Virus record (IMG/VR): IMGVR_UViG_3300045973_000529
Coordinates: 1-64,000 of that record
From: a virus
DNA: 64,000 bases
Reading direction: 5' to 3' (one strand)
Shown here: one piece after another, positions 8,561 through 18,900 of the stretch
Numbering within the stretch: position 1 is the stretch's first letter
Layout: each line of letters starts with the position of its first letter
Notes under the pieces: generated by a model
Told to the model about the DNA's origin: nothing
What the model saw: the letters and a program-made list of their open reading frames with translations, nothing else
Databases searched by the model: none
Position numbers and translations under genes: made by a program

Positions 8561-11307
8561 CACTTGTTCTCCAGTGCATTGACGCGGGCAAGCAGCGCCT
8601 TGTTCTGCGCTGACAGATCCTTGATGGCTTCAATCAGCAGACCAACCATGTTGCCGTATGCGACAGAGAGAGTTTCACCCTCCTTCACCGCCTCTGGCAG
8701 AACAGCTTGGACTTCCTGAGCAATGACGCCAGTTGACCGCTTGTTCGTGTACTTATCGTCGGTGTCAGTGCGAACGAAAGTTACACCCCGAAGAGCTTCA
8801 ACCTTGGACAGCGCATCAGGAATCACTTGCACATCCGTCTTGATGCGTGCGTCAGAGAACGCGGTCACGTCACCTGCGACTGTGAACCCACCTGTCGATG
8901 GGTTGAAGGACATCTTCGTCGAGCTGATCTTCTGTGGAAGATTGCCAGTGGTCGTTGTCACCCAAGTAGGATAGACGGTTGCGTTCGTGGTGGTGTCATC
9001 CGTGATGCCTGTGTTCGTGGCATTCGTCGCGTTCGTGGCTGAAGTGGCACTTGTTGCTGACGTGGCGCTTGTTGCTGTTGACGCGTTGCCAGTGAGAGCA
9101 CCAACAAAGGTCGTCGACGTGACTGAGGTCAACCCTGCGATGGTTGTGACTGTTCCACCAAGCGACACAGCTGTCGATCCAATGGTCACTGAGCTGTTCG
9201 TCAACGCGGCATTCGGGATGGCAGTCAGTGAGGCACCTGAACCGGCGAAGGTCGTTGCTGACAAGACACCTGTGGATGGCACGAAGGACAGCTTCGTGGA
9301 GCTGACCTTGATTGGATTATCGCCCGTGTTCGTGCCAACCCACGCAGGGAAGACTGATGTTGCGGTCGCTACGTCGTTCGTGACGGCGCTGTTGTCAGAG
9401 TTTGTCGCGTTGCTTGCATTCGTGGCATTGCCAGCCGTCAGCGATGCCGCTGTGCCAGTCAGACCGGTGCCGGCACCGGTGAAGGAGGTCGCAGAGAGAA
9501 CACCAGTCGATGGATTCAACGAAAGCTTGGTTGAGCTGACCTTCTGTGGAAGATTGCCAGTCGTTGCCGTCACCCAGGTAGGATAGACGACAGCATTGGT
9601 CGCCACATCATCAGTGATCGCGGTATTCGTGGCGGATGTTGCTGAAGTGGCGCTTGTTGCAGTGGTGGCGGATGAAGCGCTACCTGTGATGCTGATGCTC
9701 CAGGTGCCAGATGCGCCAGTACCGGTCAGTGCCGGTGCAAAGCTGTTGTAGTTCCCTGAGTGCAGAATGGTCTGCCAAGAACCCCACGTCGTATCAATGC
9801 CCGCACGCAGCTTCATCACTGGGGTTGCAGTGCTATTTGCAGCAACTGGATTGAAGGACAGCTGGTATGATGGATCACCTGTAGATGCAGTGGTGCCGAG
9901 CCACGGAGCAATGGTGACGAGTCCCGTGTACGTGCCAGTGTTGCCGAACAGGTTCGAGTTCTTGAACTCGGCAGCAATCACGTTGCCGTAGGTGTTCGGT
10001 GCCAGATCCACTGAGCGAGAGCCAGTTGTCGCGATGGCGGAAGTGCTAGCCAAGAATGCGGTGCCATCAGAGAACTGCAACACGTTTGACTTCGAAGAGG
10101 TCGTTGCGGTTGTTGCCGAGGTTGCAGAGGTAGCTGAAGTTGCGTTCCCGGTGAGAGCGCCAACAAAGCTTGTCGACGTGACCGAGGTCAACCCCGCCAG
10201 TGTTGTTGATGTTCCGCCCAACAGGATTGCAGTTGTACCAATCGTGACATCACCACCGCCTGCCAGCGCCGTGTTCGGAATGCCCGTGAAGTTCGTGCCT
10301 GTCAGCGTCGGAGTAGATGACCAGTTCGGAACACCAGCCACAACGGTGAGGACCTGACCAACCGTTCCAATTGTGCGATACGCCGTAGCATTTGCACCAG
10401 TTTGGTATGGCAGATCGCCGCTGACACCACCAGCAAGATCAGCTGCCAGGGTTGCATTGCCGACAGTCAGTGATGACGCAGTACCCGTCAGTCCAGTACC
10501 TGCACCCGAGAACGCGGAGGCTGTGAGGGTTCCTGTTGATGGGATGAATGTCAGCGCGGTCGTCGTCTTGATGGCTTGGTTGCCGCTTGAGTTCGATGCC
10601 ACCCAGGTTGGGTACACTGAGGTTGCAGTTGCTGAGTCGTTTGCGGTGCCGACGTTCGTGGCGTTGCCAGCCGTCAGCGATGCCGCGGTGCCACTGAAGT
10701 TCGTGCCAGTAATTGTCGGCGTCGTGGTGTACGCTGGTGTTGTACCACCAACCAACACACCGGTACCAGCGGCGAGCATTGCGGTCGTATTCAGGGCGGT
10801 CTGATAGTGGAGTGAACCAGCAGCGCCACCCACAACGTTCGTTGCCAGGGATGCAGTACCCGTCAGAGCAGCAGTGATGGTGCCAGCAGTGAAGTTCCCT
10901 GACGCGTCACGCGCAACGATCGCTGAAGCGGTGTTTGCATTGGTCGCTGTAGTTGCGCTATTTGGGATAGACGTCAGCGATGCACCTGAGCCAGAGAATG
11001 TCGTGGCAGTGACTGTGCCTGTGACGCTCAACGCCGTCAGCCCCGTGAAGGACGTGACTGCAGCGCCAAGAGCAACTGCAGTAGAGCCAATGGTGACTGA
11101 CGAGCTCGTCAGCCCAACGGTGATTGAACCAGCGCCGTTCGTGATCGTGATGCCAGTACCCTGTGTCAGAGTACCTGCTTGAAAGTCGCTGTTCGTCGTG
11201 TTGCCGATGAGCAGCTGTCCGTTGGTCGGTGCAGCATTGTCGTACAGTGAGATTGACCCACCGAGCTTAATGCCATTCTTGACCTTGAAGTCTTGATTCG
11301 TTGCCAT
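8560..11307 (-). CDS. tail fibre with C-terminal peptidase S74 intramolecular chaperone
   Basis: T/A/S/G-rich repeats; SDARIKTDV...DAL.KV.ALRGVTF...GVIAQEV...VAYGNMVGLLIEAIK.L. Confidence 0.88.
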   Translation of the reverse strand: MATNQDFKVKNGIKLGGSISLYDNAAPTNGQLLIGNTTNSDFQAGTLTQGTGITITNGAGSITVGLTSSSVTIGSTAVALGAAVTSFTGLTALSVTGTVTATTFSGSGASLTSIPNSATTATNANTASAIVARDASGNFTAGTITAALTGTASLATNVVGGAAGSLHYQTALNTTAMLAAGTGVLVGGTTPAYTTTPTITGTNFSGTAASLTAGNATNVGTANDSATATSVYPTWVASNSSGNQAIKTTTALTFIPSTGTLTASAFSGAGTGLTGTASSLTVGNATLAADLAGGVSGDLPYQTGANATAYRTIGTVGQVLTVVAGVPNWSSTPTLTGTNFTGIPNTALAGGGDVTIGTTAILLGGTSTTLAGLTSVTSTSFVGALTGNATSATSATSATTATTSSKSNVLQFSDGTAFLASTSAIATTGSRSVDLAPNTYGNVIAAEFKNSNLFGNTGTYTGLVTIAPWLGTTASTGDPSYQLSFNPVAANSTATPVMKLRAGIDTTWGSWQTILHSGNYNSFAPALTGTGASGTWSISITGSASSATTATSATSATSATNTAITDDVATNAVVYPTWVTATTGNLPQKVSSTKLSLNPSTGVLSATSFTGAGTGLTGTAASLTAGNATNASNATNSDNSAVTNDVATATSVFPAWVGTNTGDNPIKVSSTKLSFVPSTGVLSATTFAGSGASLTAIPNAALTNSSVTIGSTAVSLGGTVTTIAGLTSVTSTTFVGALTGNASTATSATSATSATSATNATNATNTGITDDTTTNATVYPTWVTTTTGNLPQKISSTKMSFNPSTGGFTVAGDVTAFSDARIKTDVQVIPDALSKVEALRGVTFVRTDTDDKYTNKRSTGVIAQEVQAVLPEAVKEGETLSVAYGNMVGLLIEAIKDLSAQNKALLARVNALENK

Positions 11308-11328
11308 TTGAGTTCCCTATCCCTCAAG

Positions 11329-14300
11329 TTAGACCGTCATTGAGACGGCATAGACCTTCACGGTCTTCGTGGTGGCAGCTGTCGCAGTGAACTGCAGGCT
11401 CAGCGTGCCGGTTGTGATCGATGCATCGAACGTGCCGAGTGCTCCATTGGTGCTGACTTCGCCGTACTCCGTCTTGAACACTGTCGCTCCATTGTGGATG
11501 AGCAGAATCTCAACCGCGTGGTACTGAGAGTTCGTGGTGTCGGTGACTTGAACGAGGTACTTCGCAGTACGGTAAGTGGCTGTTGCGAAGGATGCAATGG
11601 TGGTTGCAGTTGTGGTAGTGACCGCAGTGCTTGCCGTGTCGAGGAGCGCATTCGAGTCAATCGTCAGCGCACCAGTTGCTCCACCAGCAGTGGACACCGC
11701 GTCAGTAATACCGTACCCGGCGAGCGTCGTTGGATTGGTACCAGCCGTGACGAGACCCTTGGCATTCACGGTCACCGAGGTGTACGTACCAGCGGTCGCC
11801 ACCGTTGCGAGAGTCAGCGCTGCAGTGACGTTTGCTGAACCACTGAAAGTCGTTGTCCAGGTGGCGTCGCCGGTGATGCTGATAGACCGTCCAGTGGTGA
11901 GGGCTGCAGCTGTTGTTGCAGTCGACGCATTGCCAGTCAAGGCACCGACAAAGGCAGTCGACGTCACCGAAGTCAGACCAGTGAAGGCGGTGACTGCAGC
12001 ACCGAGAGCGACCGCGGTAGAACCAATGGTGACAGAGCTGTTCGTCAGTGCAGTGTTCGGAATGCTCGTCAGTCCTGCACCAGAACCAGTGAATGACGTT
12101 GCCGACAAGACACCAGTGGATGGCACGAACGAGAGGCTCGTTGAAGATGTCTTCTGTGGAAGATTGCCTGTAATCGCAGTCACCCACGTTGGATAAACAG
12201 CAACAGCAGTCGCCACATCGTTCGTGATGGTGGTGTTCGTTGCAGCACCAGCCGTCAGTGACGAAGCGGTACCAGTCAGACCAGTGCCGGCACCAGTGAA
12301 TGAGGTCGAAGTCAGCACCCCGGTTGATGGCACAAACGTGAGCTTCGTGGAGCTGACCTTGATTGGATTGTCACCTGTATTCGCACCAACCCAAACAGGG
12401 AACACAGCAGTTGCCGTAGCAACGTCGTTCGTTACCGCGCTGTTGTCCGCATTCGCGGCATTGCCAACCGTCAGTGAGGAAGCAGTACCAGTCAGACCGG
12501 TGCCGGCACCAGTGAAGGAGGTTGCAGAGAGGATGCCGGTCGATGGCACGAATGTGAGCTTCGTGGAGCTGACCTTCTGTGGCTGGCCGCCTGTATTTGA
12601 CGTCACCCACGTTGGGAACATCGTTCCAACGGCAGTCGTGTCATCCGTGATCGCGGTGTTCGTTGCGCTGGTCGCTGTGGTTGCTGTGGCAACCGTGCCA
12701 GTCACCGCGATCGTCACGTTTCCTGTTGCGCCAGTCACCGAGATGTTTGTGCCGGCAGCCACTGACAGAACGCCGGTGTTCGAGATCACGTTCGATGACA
12801 GACCAATACCTGTGCCTGCTGAGTATGTACCAGCGCCAGAGAACTGGGTAAACGTGATTGGATCCACACCCATCGTGATGTAGTCGTTTGGCACGCCGGT
12901 GCCGACTGAATTCATCACCCACTGGGTACCAGCAAGAGAGCCCTCTTGAACGTAGGTGAGTTCACCCGCGCTGATTTCCGAGGTTGGGGAACCGTCGAAG
13001 TCGGTAGCACGCGTAAGGATCCACGGAGCGGTACCTGCAGCCCCGACGTTGGTCACCACGTAGATGCCGTTCTGCAATGACGTTGGTTGGTCCTTGACCA
13101 ACAGGCGTGAACCAACAACCAAGCCAGTATACCCGCCAATCGTGCCAAGCGCCACATTCGTTGTTGCAGTCAGGGTTGCACCTGCACCGCCAGTACCGTT
13201 CACATAGGTCGCGGTCAGAGCAGTTGCCGTTGCCGTTTCGCAGGCGCCGTGGATGTTGATACCAGCAGCCACGTTGTCAACGTACTGCTTGGTTGCGGCG
13301 TGCATCGCTGAAGTTGGATCGGCGTTCAACGACAGGGAGCCTGTCATCGTGTCGCCAGCAACGTTCACGTACGTGCCGTCAACCAAACCAGTGATGTCAG
13401 CTGCAACCACCGCGGTCGTCGCAGTGACGAGACCCTTGGCGTTTGTGGTCAGCTTGTGGAAGCCAGTGGTGACTGGTGCAGCGTTCACGGTTGCAAGGGT
13501 CAGCGCTGCGGTGACGTTTGCCGAGCCGTTGAAGGAAGGCGAAGTCCAGGTGGCATCGCCAGTTGCAGCGATGGTGCGACCGGTCGCAAGGGTCGTTGCA
13601 GTCGACGCATTGCCAGTCAAGGCGCCAACGAAGGCGGTCGAGGTGACAGAGGTCAAACCAGCGAAGGTCGTGACAGCAGCACCGAGTGCAACATCAGTCG
13701 AGCCAATGGTGACTGACGAATTCGTCAGCGCTGCATTTGGAATGGCAGTCAGTCCAGTACCGGCACCAGTGAAGGAAGTCGCAGAGAGGACACCTGTCGA
13801 TGGCACGAACGTGAGCTTCGTCGAGGTCGTCTTCGCAGCCAAGTTCCCCGTGTTCGCGCCAACCCAGGTTGGGAAGACCGCGGTTGCGGTTGCGGCGTCG
13901 TTGGCAATGGTGACAGTCGATGCGGCGGTTGATGTTGATGCGTTGCCAGTGAGAGCACCGACAAAGGCAGTTGATGTGACGGAGGTGAGACCAGTGAAAG
14001 CGGTGACCGTTGCACCAAGTGCAACCGCGGTCGAGCCGATGGTGACTGACGAGTTTGTCAGCGCTGCATTTGGAATGGCAGTCAACGAGGCACCTGAGCC
14101 TGAGAAGATGGAAGCAGACAGCGTACCTGTTGATGGTACGAATGTGAGCTTCGTTGAGGTCGTCTTCTGTGGCAAGCCGCCTGTATTTGCCGTCACCCAC
14201 GTTGGGAAAACAGCAGTGACAGTTGCCACATCTTCAGTGATGGACGTGTTCGTGGCAGTTGTGGCGGTTGTGGCATTGCCGGACAGGGCACCAACGAAGG

Positions 14301-15906
14301 TCGTTGAGGTGACAGAGGTCAGACCAGCAAAGGTAGCGACCGTTGCGCCAAGCGCAACCGCGGTCGAGCCAATGGTGACTGACGAGTTTGTCAGTCCGGT
14401 GTTCGGGATGGCCGTGATGTTCGCACCCGAAATTGTCGGAGCTGATGACCAAGCCGGAGCAGTACCACCAACAAGCACCTGCGACGAGGTGCCAGCTGCC
14501 GTCAACGCGGTAGCATTCACTGCCGTTTGGTACGGCACAGCACCTGCGACACCACCAGCGATGTTTGTCGAGCGAGTAGCGGTTGACGCGTTACCGGTCA
14601 GTGCACCCACAAAAGTGGTGGATGTTACTGAGGTGAGACCCGCAACCGTGGTAACCGTGTCACCAAGGTTGATGACAGTGCTACCAAGCGTGAAGGAGCT
14701 GGTGAACGCAGTAGATGGGATGTTCGTCAGCCCAGCGCCAGAACCAACGAACGCAGTTGCTGTCAAGGTGCCAGTCGAAGGATTGAAGGACATCTTCGAG
14801 GAGCTGACCTTCTGAGGATTGTTGCCGGAGACAGCCGTCACCCAGGTCGGGTACACAGACGCGTTCAATGTCGTGTCGTCTGTGATTGCAGTGTTCGTTG
14901 CGTTTGACGCCGTGCCAGTCAGCGCGGCAGTGATGGTGCCAGCGGCGAAGTTCCCCGAAGCATCACGAGCAACGATAGCCGAAGCCGTGTTCAGATTGGT
15001 TGCGGTTGAGCCAAGCGTCAGGGTGTTGCCAACGTCGGCGTATGTCGCAGAGATACCACCGCCGTTCACGATGAAACCAGCGACCGTGTCTTGAACCGCT
15101 TCAGCAAAGTCCGTCAGCGACGTTGACGCGATCTGCGCTGTTGAGACACCTGTCACCAACCCCTTGGCGTTCACAGTGATGACGGGGATGAGTGAAGCAG
15201 ATCCGGTCGTTCCGACGTTCGCGTTCACCGTAGCCAGCGTCAAGGCGTCAACGCCGCCATTGATCGTGCCAGTGACATCACCGGTGATCGTGAAAGATGC
15301 AGAGAGAGCAGCAGTGGTGACGGCAGTCACCAACCCCTTGGCATTCACCGTGATGACAGGAATGGTGTTTCCAGAACCAAACGCACCAACGTTCGCGTTC
15401 ACGGTCGCCAGTGTAGTGGTGATTGCAGTCGCACCAGAGCCGGTGATGTCACCCGACAGCGCAACCGACTGATTTCCAGTCAGGTACGTGCTCGTGTCCA
15501 GCGACCAAGTGTTCGCCGCCGTCTTCTTCAGCAGTCCTGACGTGCTCGCGATTGCGGCGATTGCGGACAAGTCAGCATCGAATGCCTGCACATCGGTGCC
15601 AATGACCAATCCGAGAGATGACCGCGCGGTTGCAGCGGTAGTTGCGCCCGTGCCGCCATGCAGGATCGACATCGTTCCTGTGGCATTCGCATTGTCAAGG
15701 TAGTACGAACCCGGTTGATCTTCCAGCAATGAAGATGAACTGCCAATCTGTACCCAGATCGTGCCATTGTAGACATGCAGAGCATCCAGATCGGTGCGGA
15801 AGTACAGCTCGCCAGCGTCTGGAGTAGCTGGGAACGTAGTGCCGGTTGCGATCGACGCGTTCGTGATGACCGAGCCTTCGGTCAGATGCAGGCCGTCGTA
15901 GAGCAT
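11329..15906 (-). CDS. long tail-fibre protein (1525 aa)
   Basis: Repeated shaft modules; RLLVKDQ....QNGIYVVT..WILTRATDFD module; C-terminal YRTAKYLVQV..EILLIHNG..EYGEV domain. Confidence 0.85.
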   Translation of the reverse strand: MLYDGLHLTEGSVITNASIATGTTFPATPDAGELYFRTDLDALHVYNGTIWVQIGSSSSLLEDQPGSYYLDNANATGTMSILHGGTGATTAATARSSLGLVIGTDVQAFDADLSAIAAIASTSGLLKKTAANTWSLDTSTYLTGNQSVALSGDITGSGATAITTTLATVNANVGAFGSGNTIPVITVNAKGLVTAVTTAALSASFTITGDVTGTINGGVDALTLATVNANVGTTGSASLIPVITVNAKGLVTGVSTAQIASTSLTDFAEAVQDTVAGFIVNGGGISATYADVGNTLTLGSTATNLNTASAIVARDASGNFAAGTITAALTGTASNATNTAITDDTTLNASVYPTWVTAVSGNNPQKVSSSKMSFNPSTGTLTATAFVGSGAGLTNIPSTAFTSSFTLGSTVINLGDTVTTVAGLTSVTSTTFVGALTGNASTATRSTNIAGGVAGAVPYQTAVNATALTAAGTSSQVLVGGTAPAWSSAPTISGANITAIPNTGLTNSSVTIGSTAVALGATVATFAGLTSVTSTTFVGALSGNATTATTATNTSITEDVATVTAVFPTWVTANTGGLPQKTTSTKLTFVPSTGTLSASIFSGSGASLTAIPNAALTNSSVTIGSTAVALGATVTAFTGLTSVTSTAFVGALTGNASTSTAASTVTIANDAATATAVFPTWVGANTGNLAAKTTSTKLTFVPSTGVLSATSFTGAGTGLTAIPNAALTNSSVTIGSTDVALGAAVTTFAGLTSVTSTAFVGALTGNASTATTLATGRTIAATGDATWTSPSFNGSANVTAALTLATVNAAPVTTGFHKLTTNAKGLVTATTAVVAADITGLVDGTYVNVAGDTMTGSLSLNADPTSAMHAATKQYVDNVAAGINIHGACETATATALTATYVNGTGGAGATLTATTNVALGTIGGYTGLVVGSRLLVKDQPTSLQNGIYVVTNVGAAGTAPWILTRATDFDGSPTSEISAGELTYVQEGSLAGTQWVMNSVGTGVPNDYITMGVDPITFTQFSGAGTYSAGTGIGLSSNVISNTGVLSVAAGTNISVTGATGNVTIAVTGTVATATTATSATNTAITDDTTAVGTMFPTWVTSNTGGQPQKVSSTKLTFVPSTGILSATSFTGAGTGLTGTASSLTVGNAANADNSAVTNDVATATAVFPVWVGANTGDNPIKVSSTKLTFVPSTGVLTSTSFTGAGTGLTGTASSLTAGAATNTTITNDVATAVAVYPTWVTAITGNLPQKTSSTSLSFVPSTGVLSATSFTGSGAGLTSIPNTALTNSSVTIGSTAVALGAAVTAFTGLTSVTSTAFVGALTGNASTATTAAALTTGRSISITGDATWTTTFSGSANVTAALTLATVATAGTYTSVTVNAKGLVTAGTNPTTLAGYGITDAVSTAGGATGALTIDSNALLDTASTAVTTTTATTIASFATATYRTAKYLVQVTDTTNSQYHAVEILLIHNGATVFKTEYGEVSTNGALGTFDASITTGTLSLQFTATAATTKTVKVYAVSMTV

Positions 15907-15932
15907 GGGAGGTCCTTGTAGAGCAGGTTGCT

Positions 15933-15940
15933 CTATTTAG
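15933..15940 (-). promoter_or_regulatory. late-promoter-like motif CTAAATAG
   Basis: Resembles the T4 late consensus TATAAATA; upstream of ATG 15906; one of six copies. Confidence 0.7.
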
Positions 15941-15965
15941 GACCTCCCAGCACAGGAGGCGTCTA

Positions 15966-18900
15966 TTAGGCGGCGACGGCCTTGATCACGGCGAAGTTCA
16001 GCACTGGGGCTTCAGCCACCGCGACCGCAGCTGGTGAGTACACGCTGATGTTGCAAGAACCAGCAGCCGTCGCAGTGACGCTGACGAAGTACACGCCAGT
16101 TGCCGTCTTGACTGAGGCGTGAACCACGTCAGTAGCAGCAATCGTCGAGTTGGTGAACGTGAACGTCGTGACCTGTCCCGCCGTGGTCGTTGTGCTGAAC
16201 AGCGTGATGCTGCCGCAGATCTTGTTCAGCGTAACGCCGGTCGTCCGGCTAGTAGCCTGAGCAGTAGCCGCACCACCAGCACCCGTTGAGTAACCAACAC
16301 CAGCAGTACCAGAGCTTGTGACGGCGCCGGTTGCTGTGATCGTGGTGAAGGCAGTTGTTGCCGACGTCACGATCGTGTTGCCACCAACCGTCCAGGTACC
16401 CGTCAGATCAACGCTTGCGTTGGATGCGAGATGACGGATCGATGCCAGTTCCACTGGCGAACCAGCGGTTGAAGCGCTTGTCAGGAACGAAATGGTCCTC
16501 GTCGTAGCCACCGAGGTAGCTGGCTTGAACACCATACCGAACTGGGTCGTTTCACCAGTGTAGTTCACCACTTGTGCAGCAGCAAAGCCAGTGTACGTTG
16601 TGGCACCACTGAAGGTAGCGATGCCCGCGACGTTCATGACACCACCGACGCTGAGTGTTGTACCAGCGCTAGCAGCATTGATCGAAACACCACCCAACGT
16701 GTTGATGGTCATCCGTGTCGTCAGCGCATTTGCAGTTGCAGAAGTAGCACCACCGGTTGGCGATGTCTGGAAGACAATCGAACCACCAGCGCCAGTACCC
16801 GTCGATTGACCACCAGCGATCGTCAGTGCAGCACCAGCGATGTCGGTGCCAGAACCAGCGGTACCACGCAGGGTACCAGCTGATGGAGTTGCACTTGACG
16901 AAGCATTACCAACAACCACGACACCAGTGGCGCCATCAATCACGAGACGTGTCGTTGCAGCAGCGGTGTTGCCAAACAACATGCTGTCATCTTGAGCAAC
17001 CAGAATACGCGCTTGTTCTGTACCAGCATTGCTGTAGAAGTTCAGGATTGAGATGTCATCAGCCGAACGACCGTAGATGCTGAGACCCAGACCGGATGTA
17101 GCGGTTGCTTGTACCTGCAAAGCTGAAGACGACGAGGTGGTCGTCAGACCAAGCAGCATACGACCAGCTGAGTCGAACCGAGCGCGTTCAGTGCTGGTAG
17201 CGGCGCCGTCGGCAGTCGTGTAGAACACAAGGCGACCTGGCATGTCGTTCGTGCCTGGTGTGCCATCAACTTCACCACGGATTTCGACTGATGGGATCGG
17301 ACCGGTGCCATCAGCACCGAACCAGGTCAGGTGACCAAGGCTATCGCCGCTGACAACTGCCGTGTTGGTGTTCACTGCAGTGCCACGTGTCTTGTAGAAG
17401 CGGTAGTTGCCGCCAGCAGTATCAGCAGAGTTGCGAGTAACCGAGACACCAGCGTTGTTGTCGATAGCTTCGACCTGCAGACGCATTGGCGCGGTAGATG
17501 TCAGAACACGCGAGGTACCCGTACCAATGGTGACTACGCCACCACTGTTGATGCGCATGCGTTCTGTCGGTGTAGCGCCACCAGCAGCAGTCGTGCTGAA
17601 CACAAGGCGACCTGGCATAACGTTTGCACCAACGGTGCCTTCAGCCATTGCCAGGATTTCAGCAGCATTCGTGCGAATGTCAGTGCCATCAGCACCAGAG
17701 AACGCGATACCACCAAGAGTATCACCAGTCGTCACAACCGTCACGGCACCATCAGCAGCGCCACGAGTGCGTGCCAAGTTGATGGTAGCACCGAGCTGTG
17801 CCGTTGCATTGTCGTTCCGAACGATCGTGATGCCAGAGTACTGGTTTGCCGACACCGTTTCGATGTTCACGATGTTGGTGGAACCAGAAGTGTTACCACC
17901 AGCAATCTCAACCGGACGAGGAGCAACGTCGCTGGCTGAACCAATAGTGACAAAGCCAAGACCGGTGATGCGCATCTTCTCGGAGAGTGATGCAGTTGCC
18001 GAAGTACCGAAGGTAAGATCACCCGTGCCAAGAGCATCAGTAGCGACTGACGTGATAGCGCTAAGGGTCACTCCGGCCAAGAAGTTTGTAGCAGTCGCGA
18101 AACTGATCTGAACACCCGTGCCAGTGGTGGTGCCCGCGTTGCGGAACATTGCGGCCAGGGTTGTGGAACCAGAGGTCGTGTTCTTGACGAGCAGCTTTTC
18201 GGTGCTGATCGGAGCAGTGTCATCACCAACAATCAGAGTACCACCAGAGGTGATACGACCCTTGAACGCGCCAGTACCAGAGAGTGCCGTGCTGAAGACC
18301 AGGTCACCGGAGCCAGTTGCATTCGTTGCGAGACCGGTGATGCCAGCCAGCGCAATAGGTGCAGTGCTGTTGGTGTTCGCCATCAGCGTCATTGTGGTGC
18401 CGGAACCCGAGGTCGTTCCAGTGTTTTGAATCGCGAGTGCAGTGGCTGTTGCGCCAGCATTTGAGTGCGTTGCGAGGATTCGCTCTGCACCCACTGCCGC
18501 TGTTGCGGTGCCACTGACGATGAACGTACCACCTGAGGTGAAGACGCCAAGGTTGTTCGTACCGTTGCGGAACACCATCAAGTTCGCGAAGGTCGCCGAG
18601 GTCGAACCGCCAAGCTGGATGTTCGGACCATTGTTCAGGTCAGAGCCACCCGAGAGCGACAGATAACCAGAGGTGTTGCCACGAGCAATCGTTGAGTTAC
18701 CACCACGTGACAGGGTGAGCTGTCCAAGGTGTGTGATGTCCCCGGTGGCACCATCCCAACGGGTACGCTCAATGTCATTCGTGCTGAAGATGAGAGGCGC
18801 AGAACGCACCACGTTCAAGATCACGCTGTTTGGGTCGATTGAGTGCGTATTGCCGCGGTGATACAGGTATGCGCCAACCGCAAAGGCTGTGCCGTTGTGC

